Shown piece after piece: positions 22,865-53,600 of a stretch of DNA of 57,131 bases. Every line of letters begins with the position of its first letter. The first letter of the stretch is position 1. This DNA comes from Sminthopsis crassicaudata. Taxonomy: Eukaryota. Below the pieces are notes generated by a model. The model saw only the letters and a list, made by a program, of their open reading frames with translations, searched no databases and was not told where the DNA came from. Where the stretch lies: NCBI RefSeq assembly GCF_048593235.1, contig NC_133618.1, forward strand, positions 229,514,221-229,571,351. The letters are read 5' to 3'. The translations under genes were made by a program, and so were the position numbers.

Positions 22865-25800
22865 GTGAGTGGCAGAAATTTGGGAGGGATTGTGGGGAAT
22901 GGAAAAGGCTTCTTAGAGGAGGTGGTATTTGAGCTAGTTAGAATTTCAGCAATTAAAGATGAGGTTGGAAAAAAGTGCATTCCAGCCATAGAAGTGTCAC
23001 AAACAAAGAGGAAAATTCAGGATAAATTATGAGATAACATTTAGTCTAGGTTGACTGTAGTATACTTTTTGTGAAGACCAATAGTATGAGATAAGGGTGG
23101 AGGAAGAAACTGGAGCAAGATGATGTAGGACTTAAAGACCAGAACTAAATCTTAATATGCTGACCCCACAGTCCATTGTAGGGAGGGAGACAAGTAAAGC
23201 CAATCATGGACAGGAAGTATAGTAATAAATCAAAAAACCAAAGTCACTTGAAAAATTAATGGGTTCACTAAGACATGGGAAATATGAGAGAAAAATGACT
23301 GGGAGTTTGTGGTCTGATGAGAGAATAAAATTCTAAAGTCCAGAATCTTAAATTGAGAAGTCTTGAATTCTGATGTAGCTGGGGCTGTTGGTGGCAGAAA
23401 CTAAATGGAGTTGGATGTCATGAAGGTAACAGGCTCAGAAAATTCTGGAACGTCAGGGCATTGGGTGATTAACATGAAAATTCAACTGATCAAAGAAAGA
23501 TGATGGCAGAGAACAAGAAGGAGGGAGAGATTGGGCCAGATAAGCCAAGTTGGCCATTGAGGAAATGCGGGGTGTAGCTTAGAAGTTAATAGGCATTTCA
23601 GTCTGACCTGAGAAGCTTGTCATTACTTGTAAAATTCTCTATTACAAACTAACTTTTGGAATTTGGGTATAAGTTCCGGACCTACATATAAGTTTATAAT
23701 ACTTTCTTTATCTTAAAGTTTTATTTTTTCAAACCTGATAATCCCTTTTTCCCCCCACCTTCCCATTTTTTAAGAGGAAAAAAATTCTCAGGAAAGATGT
23801 TTTTTCCCCCAAAATCTTTTCTGTTTTGATTTAGTCTAGGCTATCACATCACAGATGTAGTACTTTAAATTTGCCTTCAGATCTAAATTTTGAGAAACCC
23901 CACATGGAAGACCACATCATTAGCTCATCTTTTATGGTTCCACAGAGTACCTTTGTTAAAGTTACTAGTACTAAGTTTCTAGTTACCAAGTTTTCTCTCT
24001 TTATTAACTACTGTCCTCCAACTGAAAAGAGAGCAAATCTTTGTTGTTTGAGACATCGTTATAGGGTTCTGTTCTGAGGCTCTGTCTTGTACCTCTGCTG
24101 TGGGTAAAGGTTGAGGGAGTTGTGACCCTTTCTATTGACTTTCCCTTAAACTTTCATAGATGACATCATCATTACTATCCACAGGCAGTGAAGTAAGTGT
24201 AAGGAAGCTCTGTGAATTGCAGCCTGGGGAGAAATGTTGTGTGGTGGGGACTCTCTTCAAGTCCATGCAGCTTCAACCTTCCATTCTTCGGGAAATCAGT
24301 GAAGAGGTGAGCCTTTTACTTCGCAGCCATAAATTTAACCTACCTACCATGCTTTTGAAAACTAAAAATTAGAAGAATATGATTGGGAGGTTAGTACAAG
24401 GAGGGTATACCATAGGTTTGAAGGTCACTAAAGAAGGTTGTTCCTAGAAAGATATGAAAATTACAATTTAGCACTTTGGATTCAGCAAGTCGGGCTTTAT
24501 GTGTAGACACCAGAAGAATAGGAATGGCATTTGAAGGAACAATTGGTCCCTTGAATACAGGAAGAGAGAAACAAGGAAGAATATAAAAACTAAGTGGTTT
24601 GTTACATTGGAGAACTCCAAGAAACTTGAACTGTAGCGATTTTGATCTTAAAAAGTCCTCCATTTTGATATTCCAGCATAATCTACTGCCCCAGCCTCCT
24701 CGGAGCAAATATATTCATCCAGACGATGAGCTGATTCTGGAAGATGAATTACAGCGCATCAGACTGGAAGGCACTATTGATGTGTCCAGATTGGTAACAG
24801 GTACATGGGGAAATGCATGTGGCAGCTAGGTGGCGCCATAGTTCATAAAGCACCAGGCCTGTAGCCAGGAGGCAGTCTGGCCTCAGATACTCTCTAGCTG
24901 TGTGGCCCTGTGTGAGTTATTTAAATCTGTTTGCCTCAGTTTCCTCATCTGTAAAGTGAGTTAGAGGAGGAAATGGCAAGCCCCTCTAGTTTCTTTGTCA
25001 AGAAAACCCCAATCATAAAGATTAGACATGATTAAAAACAACTCCACAAACAACAACAAACATGGTTAAAATGTATGCTTATTTTCTTGCACTCATGAAC
25101 AGTGTGGACGTTGTGATTAGACCCAGTGGGCACATGATACTCATCTCCTAATGGAGGACTTAGATTGTAAAATGATAATTTTTTTTGCACATGCTCAATA
25201 CTAAAATCTGTTTTGCTTGATTATACATGTGTGGAACAAGGCTTTTGTTTTGTTTTCAGTTAGGGAAGAGGAAGAGAAATTTAGAGTGGGAAGAAGAGCA
25301 AATAGATTTTTTTTTGTGGGTTGATTAAAAGAAACAAAGTATAGTACCTGTAAAGGACAAGGGAGATTTAAATAGTTGTAGATGAACAAGGAGGCTACCC
25401 TTCTTTTCTCCAGTGGCATCTTCACCAAGAAGGCTACTACTTGGTTGCAGTTCTCAGTGAATAATCCCTCATTCTAAGGTGTAAAGGATGATTAGGATAG
25501 TATAGTCTTGACAGTTTGGGGATCTGAGTTTAATGAGTGCTTCCTTGCTGTGCTGCTCTGTGACAAGGAGAAGGGGGCTACACCTCTAGGCTCCTCCATC
25601 TAACTTTGGGATCCTGATCTATGCTGCTCTTCAGGAATCGTGCTGGCAGTGCTGGGCTCCGTGCAAGATGATGGCAAGTTCCTGGTAGAGGATCATTGCT
25701 TTGCAGACCTGCCACCTCAGAACCCTATGACAGTACCCGATACAGACAGGTAAATGTTTTAACATGAGGACCTGCTTTTAATTGCAGCTCTTGACTATCT

Positions 25801-28800
25801 TTTGACTCAAATCCATGCTATATTTTTTAGTGTGGTTACTGCCTCAGGGGCTATAAAGCCTCATTTTATAGTATCAAGAACATCAAATACTTTGTTTTCC
25901 TGAAACATTCATTTATAGAGTAACCCTACCTATCTGTAATCTGGCATGGGAATTTCCCCTGATATTCTGCTGAGGCCCCCTTCTCTTTGGGGGACCACCC
26001 AGAAGGACACTAAAAACAACTGACCTTCTCCTGCAGGTTTGTGCTGCTGGTGTCTGGCCTGGGCCTGGGCGGATGCAGTGGTGAGAGCTTGCTGGGGACC
26101 CAATTGATGGTAGATGTTGTGACAGGACAGTTAGGCGATGAAGGAGAACAGAACAGTGCTGCCCATATCTCTCGGGTCATTCTGGCTGGGAATTTACTCA
26201 GTCAGAATACACAGAGCAGAGACTCCATCAGTAAGGTATGGATCCTACCTTTTTGAATTCTCTTTTGACTCTCTCCTAAAGAGAGACCTGGAACTTCCTG
26301 CAAATTCTTGTTTTATGCCTTGGGGAGAGGAGAGGGAGAAATGGGATCATCTCTGTGGTGAGTGAATTTCTTTAGGGAATTTGGAAGTAAAAGGATACAG
26401 ATTTTAGTGATAAACTTTCTAGAGTGGCTGCTGTACCTTCTTTATTTGGAACCCTTTTTTGTTTATCCACAGATTCTTTTTCTAGGATGCCTGGCCTAAT
26501 TGTATTATTAGGGAAATAGCATATATAATAGCATAAATTACTTTCTTTTGTCAGATTCCTTAAAAAGCTCAGATAGCAAGAGCTATTTGTCCTTTGTTTG
26601 GGGGAATATTATTTTATTTTTTTCCCAATTACATATAAAAGCCATTCTGGGCATTACTTTTTAAAAAAATTTTGAATTCCAATTTCTCTCTCTCCTTCTT
26701 ATCTCCCTTCCCTGATACAGTAAACAAATCAATATTTGCTATACAGGTTTGCAATAATACAAAGCATTTTAATATTAGCCATATTGTGAAAGAAGATACA
26801 TATAAAAAAAAAAAAGCAGTGAAAAAATTGTATGCTTTTGATCTATACTCAGACTCCATCAATTTTTTCTCTAGAGGTGACTAGTGGTACTTATTTTTGC
26901 CATAAGGCCCATTTTTCTCCTTTGAAGAGAGAGGGCTAATGGTTACAGGGATGATAAAGTTCGCAGCAAAGGATTCTTGGTTCTGTCCTTGATTGCTGAG
27001 TTCCACTCTGTATTTTCTAGTACAGTGAAGTTAAGAGGACTGAGTGCAGAATTCTGGGGAAAATTCTTTGATCCACACTTTTTTTGGGGACTGACATTGA
27101 CTATTGGAATTTCTGCTTCCAGGCTAAATACCTAACTAAGAAAACACAGGCAGCTAGTGTGGAAGCCATCAAGATGTTGGATGAGATCCTACTACAACTA
27201 AGTGTAAGCATACTTGAAACTGTAGTTACTCTTAGAAATCACCTCCTTAGAGCTAGAATTGGGCAACAAATGGTTGGGAGTTGGTGGGAATTGGGAATTT
27301 GGGGTTAAAGATTTGGGGTGAATAGTGACAAACATATTTTTCTGTTATTTGTGCTAGGCTTCAGTGCCTGTGGATGTGATGCCTGGTGAATTTGACCCAA
27401 CAAACTACACACTACCTCAACAGCCACTTCATCCTTGCATGTTCCCACTGGCTTCTGCCTATTCCACATTGCAGCTGGTCACCAACCCCTACCAGGCCAC
27501 TATTGATGGAATCAGGTACTTCTGAAATGGTTTGACTCTGAATTGAAAACTTTTTCTAATTTTACTAGCCTAAACCATTAGGGTAAGGTATATGTTTTAG
27601 TGGAAATTGCAAGTGAAGGTGGGAAGTGGTCCTGGTGTTTGTAACTTTCTGATTCCACATCAATCACAAGAGTCCAAAATGACCTTCAGCCAACAGCTGA
27701 GTCTTCAGGGACTAACAAACCTGTTAGGGTCACAAAAGACAGAATGCGACTATATCATATCCAAGGACAGAAAAAAATTGTATTAGAATAGAACTAGCTT
27801 GAAATTTTCCCTACAGGTTCCTGGGGACATCGGGACAGAATGTGAGTGATATTTTCCGGTACAGCAGCATGGAGGATCATCTGGAGATCCTGGAATGGAC
27901 ACTCCGGGTGGGCCACATCAGCCCCACTGCACCTGATACTCTAGGTAATGAGACTTGTAGTCAAGTACCAGAGGATTGAGAGCTTGGAAAAGATTAGGAA
28001 GGATTAGTGATTCTTTGGCATGGCCTGATAGTTCCTTTTGTCCTTTATGATAGTAAATAGTACCTTTGTATTGTCCTGTTTAAGTAGGAGAGTTGATTCC
28101 AAAAGCCAGTTCTGAAGCACTGAGATTTTCCTTTTATACAATCGAGGCCTATTATAGAACTCAAGACCCAAAAGTTTAGGAACTTAAGGATCCTTAGCGA
28201 TATAGATCTCATCTGTCCCAAAGGTTCATAAAATTGAAATCAAATGACACTTGAGACAGATTTTCTTTTTATTGTCTATTTGATCTTATGACCATTTGTT
28301 TTTTTTTCCATGTATTTTTCTCCTTATAGGATGTTATCCCTTCTACAAAACAGACCCATTCATCTTCCCTGAGTGCCCCCATGTCTACTTCTGTGGCAAC
28401 ACTCCTAAATTCTGCTCCAAAATCATCAGAGGTTAGTTCTGTCTATGCCAAGGACACTAAAGGTCAGACCGCTACATGAGGGGATGGATCTTCATTGGGA
28501 TTAGTGTCTCATGAAGTTAGGATCATATCTTCCTCTGATTCTCTTGTCTTGGGATGAGTTTCTAGTATTTTAGAACAGTGTGACATGATGGACAGACTAG
28601 ATTTGGGTGTCAGAAGACCTGGGCTCAAATTTCAGCTCTGCTACCCTGCCAAGCTGCATGATCTCAGGCAAATCTTTTAGCTTTTCTGAACTTCCCTTTC
28701 TTCATCTGTAAAATTCATTAATATGTCTGTTCTGCCTACTTCACAGAATTGTTATGAAGATGAAAGAAGAACATAGGTGTATTTAGTTTTGTCAACTAAA

Positions 28801-29417
28801 ATATTCTATAAATATAGGGTGGGGTTATTAACATTTGCTGCCCTGGAACTAGCCCAAGCTCTTCTTTCTGGAGACTAGGACTAGTTTTGTTAGGATGAAG
28901 GTGCTTTCGGTCATTTCACTCACCAAGAGCTAACCTGGATCTATTTATTAATATCAGAAAATGCTTGGGGTCCAATGCTAGGTAGTTTCCTTGTTCTTTG
29001 AGGATTCTGGTAAATGATTATATATTATGTGTTACATTACATGCCATGCTGATTATACCATTAATTCAAAGTTTTCTATCTGCCGTGGTTTCTCTACAGT
29101 TAGAATTCCCAAAGGGCTCTGGGAGTCCATCTAAATGGGTCCCAATAGAAGGGATAGCTTAGTTCCTTACTTACAGATTGCCTACAAGGATCTGCCTCCC
29201 TTTTCAGACCCATAGGGAGTCCCCATTTCTCCTCTATTTGATCTCCACAGGGCCTGAGGACCAAACTGTATTGCTGGTTGCTGTTCCCAATTTCAGCACC
29301 ACCCAGACTGCCTGCCTGGTGAACCTTCGGAACCTAGCCTGTCAGCCCATCAGCTTCTCTGGCTTCAGTGCTGAGGATGACGATGATCTAGGAGGAGGCC
29401 TGGATATGGAGTCCTGA
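22645..29417 (+). CDS. POLD2: DNA polymerase delta subunit 2 (p50), spliced CDS, 471 aa
   Basis: join(22645..22864,24185..24306,24677..24800,25635..25749,26037..26235,27123..27203,27358..27515,27817..27944,28330..28431,29251..29417) = 1416 nt, all [18 protein letters not shown]...[24 protein letters not shown]...[16 protein letters not shown]. Confidence 0.97.
24185..24306 (+). CDS. POLD2: POLD2 coding exon 2
   Basis: ccacag|GCAGT...GAAGAG|gtgagc; [25 protein letters not shown]...SEE. Confidence 0.96.
24677..24800 (+). CDS. POLD2: POLD2 coding exon 3
   Basis: ttccag|CATAAT...ACAG|gtacat; [28 protein letters not shown]. Confidence 0.96.
24820..25065 (+). mobile_element. MAR1-type SINE in a POLD2 intron
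   Basis: ggcagctaggtggcgcc head, core, aagaaaacccca and caacaacaaa tail. Confidence 0.78.
25635..25749 (+). CDS. POLD2: POLD2 coding exon 4
   Basis: cttcag|GAATC...GACAG|gtaaat; [25 protein letters not shown]. Confidence 0.96.
26037..26235 (+). CDS. POLD2: POLD2 coding exon 5
   Basis: ctgcag|GTTTG...AGTAAG|gtatgg; [11 protein letters not shown]...[11 protein letters not shown]. Confidence 0.96.
27123..27203 (+). CDS. POLD2: POLD2 coding exon 6
   Basis: ttccag|GCTAAA...CTAAGT|gtaagc; [27 protein letters not shown]. Confidence 0.96.
27358..27515 (+). CDS. POLD2: POLD2 coding exon 7
   Basis: tgctag|GCTTCA...ATCAG|gtactt; [30 protein letters not shown]. Confidence 0.96.
27817..27944 (+). CDS. 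POLD2: POLD2 coding exon 8
   Basis: ctacag|GTTCC...CTAG|gtaatg; [16 protein letters not shown]...[10 protein letters not shown]. Confidence 0.96.
28330..28431 (+). CDS. POLD2: POLD2 coding exon 9
   Basis: ttatag|GATGT...AGAG|gttagt; [23 protein letters not shown]. Confidence 0.96.
29251..29417 (+). CDS. POLD2: POLD2 coding exon 10 (last)
   Basis: ccacag|GGCCT...TCCTGA; [35 protein letters not shown]. Confidence 0.96.
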
Positions 29418-29604
29418 GTTGGGAAGGTGGCAACTACATTCCCAGATGAACTATGGCTGTGATGTCATTTAGCTAAACTACATGGAGAGAGAAGTCTTGC
29501 CAGAGGACTCTTGTAAAGGTAGAGCCTGGAGCTAAAAGGTCACTAGGTTTCTTTCATGCCAGTGAACTGAATGGGTCAGGATGTTGGCAGCTTAAAACTT
29601 TGTA

Positions 29605-29610
29605 AATAAA
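29605..29610 (+). terminator. POLD2 polyadenylation signal
   Basis: AATAAA about 190 nt after the stop; a second AATAAA at 29720-29725. Confidence 0.75.
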
Positions 29611-29856
29611 ACTTGGAAGATATGCTTTCTATTATGTACCTTTTGTCTTAAGCTCCTGAGGGCATCTTCAGAAATGGATATTCAGATCTCCCTTTGGCCA
29701 AGGCACCTTTTCCAAAGGGAATAAATGAGTCTTTGGGGGCAGATATTATAACTGAAGAGGTTTAAAGATTTTTCTCCATGGGTCTGCCAATGATATTCCC
29801 AATTCCTTCTCTGGGCCAGGAACAAAGATAAGGAGATGTTTGTCATCAGAGCTTAT

Positions 29857-29862
29857 TTTATT
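29857..29862 (-). terminator. AEBP1 polyadenylation signal
   Basis: Plus-strand TTTATT = minus-strand AATAAA, about 390 nt after the AEBP1 stop. Confidence 0.75.
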
Positions 29863-30252
29863 GGAATAGCAGGATGGTAAAGGGGACAGGGAGTTAGCTC
29901 CATTCTACTGCCTCTGCTTGCTCTGATCCCATCTCTCCTCACCCCAGGAGTCCATATTCTACAGCTAAGACTAGAATGGAGGCCAGATTACTGCCAGGGC
30001 AACTGGCAGAGCTGTGGCCCCCTTACCCATCATCTCTGGTGCTTGGTAGATTCACATTCTTTTCAGCCTAAAAATGGGGAGAGCCAGCACCCTGGGGAAA
30101 GGCTGCTAGGAGAAAAACTGGGTGACTCCCAGCAGGGTCTGGACAGGGGCTCTGCCTTCTGCTCTCTGGAGGCTGCTGAGCTGGCCTTGGTGGCCGGCTC
30201 TGGGTCAGTGGGTGTGCTGCAGTGGGTAGGGGCAGTGGTAGAAGCCAGGCCC

Positions 30253-48010
<17,758 letters not shown>

Positions 48011-49609
48011 AGCCAACCAGCTCCCCTTCTCCCCAAACGCTGCACTCACTACTAGGGCGCCCGAAGTTACCACCGAGATGGGAGGAGACGGAATGGGATG
48101 GGACGGGGCGGGGCTGGAGAGAGAATATAGAGCCCGGAGCTCGGAGTTGGAGGGGCTCAGGCGAGAGCGCGGGACGGCCACCCTCCCAGTCGCCTATTCA
48201 CTCTAAGGAGTAAGGCGCGGCTCCCTAGCTGCAGGTGTGAGGCGCCTGGGCGGCTGGGTGGCAAGCCGCTGCGCGCTAGCCTCGGTCAGATTGTGCGCTT
48301 GAGCTCGGTTCTGAGTTCCTGAGCTCAGGGGTGCAGAGGCAGCCGGGTCATTGGGAGGCGCTGAGCAGAGTAGCGGTCCAGGCAGGGCCAGGGTTTCTGG
48401 AGCCGGGGAAGGAGGAGGATGGGGGAGAGGGAGGAGGAGCCGGGGCCGCCCCCCGGAGGAGGCTGCAAGGGGGGAAACCAGCGCTCGGTCCAAAGAATGT
48501 CAGCCTGGGGAGAGGGTGGGCGGGCGCGTAATGTGGAGCAGACGGCGGCCCAGGCGGCAGAGACTGGCGGCTTTGAAGTTCCGTAGACATCACCCGAAGA
48601 AAAAGTCTGGAGCAGGAGCCTGATCTGTGGGGAGGGGTTTCCCGGGGCTCCCGGCCTGAGCCACGTACACTTCCCCTGCCCGACACCCCTAGGCGGATCC
48701 CACTCCTCCCACCCACTCAGTAATAGCCAAGTCAACCCTCACCCTAGCTAGGTGACGGTTTGGGTTCAGCTCTACTCCCCCATTCTCTCTCTCCCCCGCC
48801 TCCTACTCCCTGCGCCGGACCCTATTAGAGTCTGGCTGGAGCCACAGACGAAGAAACTCTTTCCCCCTATCCCTCTCCTCCAGTCCCAAACCCAACTCTG
48901 GCCCTGGGAACTCGAGAGAGTACAAAGCCTTCTAGAAGGGAAGGAGAGAGGGCCTTCCCAATACAGTGGGTGCGAATGCTGGGTTTTGGAGTTGGGTACG
49001 TATGTGATCTTGAGCATAGCTGTTCTTGTCTCTACAGGCTCAGTTACTTCAAATAAGGGGGTTTGACTAGATGACCCCTATACTTCCTGTCAACTCTAAA
49101 TCTATGGTTGTATGGGCTAAAGGACTAACTGTAGGGAAGAAGATACTAGGACTTTTGGGTGACCAGAAGCAAAAGGAAAGGCTCAGGTCAAAACTGGATG
49201 CAGTAGGACTTGTCAAGACAAACTTTCCTAGAATGCAGAAATTCAGAGAATGGAGAGAGAAAGGAAGAATATTTGGTTACTTTTTATGAGCTGGAATTGG
49301 TTAAGTGGTTAGAACTTGACTTGAAGTTAGAGAACCATAGATTTAGAGCTAGAAGAGCATAGATTTAGTAGCTTATAGTCTAACTATTTCCCCCATTTTA
49401 TAAATGAGGAAACTGGGATCAAGGAAGGTAAGATGACTTGCTCAAAGTCTCACATATAGTCAGTGGCAGACTGGATCAAATTCAGGTTTGTTGACTATAG
49501 GATTTGAGAAGTGGTGCTAGGATTTGAATTCTGTCGTAAGGAACCATATCTTACCACTCTTGAAGGTAGCATTTTACTCTACCAAACTATATATTTTTGG
49601 TTAGCAGGA

Positions 49610-50030
49610 TATACTCAGAAAACCCTGGGAAATCCTCTATGACCTCAAAAAGAGTGAAATGTACTGTATACATAGTAATAGCAATGTTGTGGGATTATCA
49701 GTTGTGAATGACTTTACTGTTCTCAGTTATACAATGATCCAAGACTACTCCTGAAGGACTTATGACAAAATTCTTATCCAAAACCAGAAAAAGAACTGTG
49801 TCTGAATAAAGATTGAAGCATACTTTTTAAAACTTTTTCTTGAGTGTTTTTTTTTTGGGGGGGGGAATCTGTGTTTTTTCCTACAACATGACTTTTATGG
49901 AAATATTTTCCATAACTTCACATTGCCTTCTCAATGGGAGAGGGTAGGGAAGAAGGGAGAAAACCTGGAACTCAAAGTTTTAAAAACAAATGTTAAAAAT
50001 TATTTTAAAAAATTAAAATATTAAAATAAA
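49610..50030 (+). mobile_element. L1 3' UTR fragment
   Basis: gagtgaaatg...atacaatgatccaaga...gggagagggtagggaagaagggagaaaacctggaactcaaagtttt. Confidence 0.8.
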
Positions 50031-51014
50031 CCATGTACTTCCTACAGAATAACAAACAATAAATATAGTGTCAAGACATGGATTCAAGTTATACTTGAAA
50101 CTAGTTTTGTGACCATGGCCAAATCTCAACTTTTATAGGCCTTAGTTTCCTCACCTATGAAATGAAAGCAATAATAATTAGAATACCATGTATAAAAAGA
50201 AATATGTATATATATATATGTTTTATATATATATATATACACATATACATATATATGAAGTGTTTTGCAAACTTTAAAATACCCCATGTGTAAGTTATTA
50301 CTTTACTATACCATAGATATGTCAACCATTATTATTTGTCTTCCAAACTTTGTTTAGTACAATGTTCAACACATAGTGGGTATTTAATAAATACTTGTTG
50401 ATTGATTATTATTAGAATACATTTTTAACATCAGAAAACTTTACTTTCCATGAGTGGGGGAATTTATGTGGTGATATCAAATGTGTTACCAAATGGGCTC
50501 AAAGCCTTCTGTGAACAGTAAGTGATATAAGAAACAGCTGTCAAATAAAGAGGTCCTTAAGTGCCTTACATCAGGCAGCCATAGCTTGGGATAATCTCTG
50601 GAGTTTGGCTATTATCCTCATACACTGAAGGACAGGGAAACTCTGATCCTAAATACTGGAACCTTGCCTTTGAGGACTGACAGCTGGATTCAGAGGAAGA
50701 AATTCTTTTTCTTAGTTGGCTCTCCTGGCAATAATGAGGAAACAATTAGTCCTAATTGTGTCATCTCAAAATATTTGTTGTGACAAAGGCCTAGGACACT
50801 GATGGATGAGAAATTTCTTGTTCCCTCTCTCAACATCTGTGTACACAGGTCTAGAACATTCACAAACAATTTAGATATAGAAATGGAAGGAAAGAGAAGT
50901 CAGTTAAGACAGAAGGGAAGTTTTGAGGCAGTGTAGGGGCCAGAGATGAGGTGTAAGCAAGTACTCTTCATTTTCTCTTTTGAGGCTCCAGAAAAAAAAA
51001 AGACCAATGAGATT

Positions 51015-51330
51015 TAAAAATTTAAGAGTTGGAAGGGACCTTTGCAGCTATCTAGTCCAACCCTCACATGAATGGAAATCCTTATTATAATAAGAGAGCC
51101 AAGAAGTGATCATCCAGCTTTCCCTAAAGACCTTCAAGGAAGGGGAAGACATCACCTTTCTAAAGATCCCTCTTCACTTTTGGACAGCTCCAAAGCCTAA
51201 ACTTCCCTCTTTTCATTTTTCAGTCACCTTTACTGGTTCTGTCAAACAGAAACAGTTTAATAATTCCTTTACATAGCTCTTCAAATATTTGAATACTACT
51301 AATCATATCCTCCCCAATTGTTCTCTGAAT
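51015..51330 (-). mobile_element. CR1/L3 fragment
   Basis: agagttggaagggacc...ctagtccaaccc...tcatccagcttt...cacttttggacagctc. Confidence 0.7.
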
Positions 51331-51959
51331 CAAACTAAACATGCTTAGTTCCTTCCATCTTTACTAATGTTCTTCTTGAAATAGATGACTGGATCTTTAT
51401 TTAAGCTAATTATTTTATATAAATACATAATATTAATTAATTATTATAATATTAAGCTAATAGTTTAATTAGCTAATGGATTCATAGAGGTAGTAATTAT
51501 TAATAATTAATAATATTGTACTGTTAATCAATATATATTTAATCAATTAATACATGTACATTCAGGAATAACAAAATAGGTTAGGTTCTTTCTTATAAAA
51601 GGTCCCAAATTCTTATAAAATGCGCTAAACTATAAATTACAAATTCACTATAAGTTCACTTGCTTAGGAAGTGAACTTCATAGGACGCTAACTAGGACCT
51701 CTACCCTTTCTTCCAGCTAAATAGGGGACAAAGCCCAGTGTGATGGAGGTAATGATATGGAAAGTCCCCCAGCTATTTCATTGACCTTCTGCTCTTCATC
51801 ACCTCAACATGAGAAGATGACTATGAGCATTTGGTCAATGAGTGACCCTGTTTGCCAGCCTGTGCCCTTCCTTTCTACTGGCCAATTGTGGAGATGTTTT
51901 GACATCTATTTATCAGCCCAGCTTATGAATCAGCTCATTGTCTTGGTAGAACACCCTTG

Positions 51960-52315
51960 GTAGGAAATGTTGAGATGGGTTATCAAAAGTATAAAGGACT
52001 CATGATTGGAAGATATCTCCCAATCCAGATAAAAAACTGATGGACTCTAAATGCAGATCAAAGCTTATAACTTTTGCTTTATTTTTTTTGTGGTTTTTCT
52101 CCTTTTTGATCTGTTTCTTCTTTCACAATTGTGACTAATAAGAAAATGTTTTATATAATTGCACAATATAATCTAGTTCAAATTTCCTATCTTTTAGGAA
52201 GAGGGGAGAAGAGGAAGAGAGGGAAAAAATATGGAATTTAAAATCTTGTAAAAAATGAATGATAAAATTTGTCTTGACATATAATTGGAAAAAAATAAAA
52301 TACTATTTAAAAATA
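51960..52315 (+). mobile_element. L1 3' UTR fragment
   Basis: aaaactgatggactctaaatgcagatcaaagc...ggggagaagaggaagagagggaaaaaatatggaatttaaaa. Confidence 0.78.
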
Positions 52316-52725
52316 ATAAGTCTGTCAGGTCTGCTCATCAGCTCATTTGTCGATGGTATTCTGTATTTTGTGCAGGGTCCCAGAGGGTACAAGGATAAGG
52401 TCTATCCATCAATGAGATTATTTTTAGATTACTTCATCTATATTGTCCACTACTATAGTACTATAAAACTAAGACCCTGGAGGAAGGGAGCATTTCATCT
52501 TGAGGAACATCTGGGATTCTATTCATTAAAGGGAGCCAGGCCCTTTAAACAAATGGTTATTGGCTCAGATTTCTGCCTTAGTGGTTTTTCTTACAGATTG
52601 GACATCTTTGGGTCAGCATTCTTAAATCATGATGCCAAAACTGAATGCACTGTATCAGATAGGCGAATCCAACAAGGACAGTATATGATGGTGATTCTGT
52701 CTTCTCCCTATTCCTAAAAGATTTG

Positions 52726-53138
52726 TGCAATGTTCGGGCTAGCTTTCTGGAGGTCCTCCGGAAGGGCCTTGGTCTCATCAGGATAGTCACTACGAGGATG
52801 AATAAGAATAGAGTCCAAAGTCTTTATTGTCTCCTTCACAGTCTGTGTCTGTCATAGTCTGACCCGATCTCCTCGAGCAATTTTGACAGTCTGCCAGTCT
52901 CAACCAGTCTCAGTCTGTCTGACTTTGTCCCCAGTTCTTTCAGTCCTTAAATACCCTATTACAATTACATCATTACAATATACTGAGTATAAGCCAATCT
53001 AGAGTGATTATATCATTATATCAAACTAGAGTGATTTTATACTACATATATGTGAACTAGAGAACCATTATCTCATCAATTCCACTGTGTTAACAACCTT
53101 GTTTCAAATATACTTCTCCAGAGTTCTGGCCCTCTACA
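52726..53138 (-). mobile_element. Solo ERV LTR (copy B, related to 14208-14746)
   Basis: TG...CA termini; 6-bp flanks gatttg/gatatg; 20-bp identity gctagctttctggaggtcct and near-identical right end with copy A; minus-strand TATTTAA (52947-52953) and AATAAA (52823-52828). Confidence 0.85.
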
Positions 53139-53299
53139 GATATGTGTCTTTCTGGATCCTGACTCTGTTCATTATATTACCCATCCTTTCCTACTTTGTG
53201 TCAACCAAAAATATGATGAGTATGTTATCTATGCCTTTATACACAAGACATTGATAAAAATAAATAAATAAATAAATAACCAGCATAGGGCCAAGCACA

Positions 53300-53600
53300 G
53301 ATATCTATGCTATTCCACCAGAAATCTCCTATAATGACATGAAAAAATCACCAATTACTCTGAATCTGAACATCCAACTAGTTCTAAATCTACCTACATT
53401 CTCACTTAATCCATATCTCTTCATCTTTTCCACAAGAATAACATAAGATGCTTTATCAAAAGATTTGCTAAAATTTTGATAAATTATACCCTTAGCATTT
53501 CTATCGTCTCTGAATTTAGTAATCGTGTCAAAAAAGGAAATGAGATAAATCTGAGGTAACTATTTCTTGAAGCAAAAACCCATCCAGTGCCATGGATTCT
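53300..53600 (-). mobile_element. CR1/L3 RT-region fragment
   Basis: gctttatcaaaagatttgctaaaatt...gtcaaaaaaggaaatgag (reverse complement of the CR1 RT region). Confidence 0.7.
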
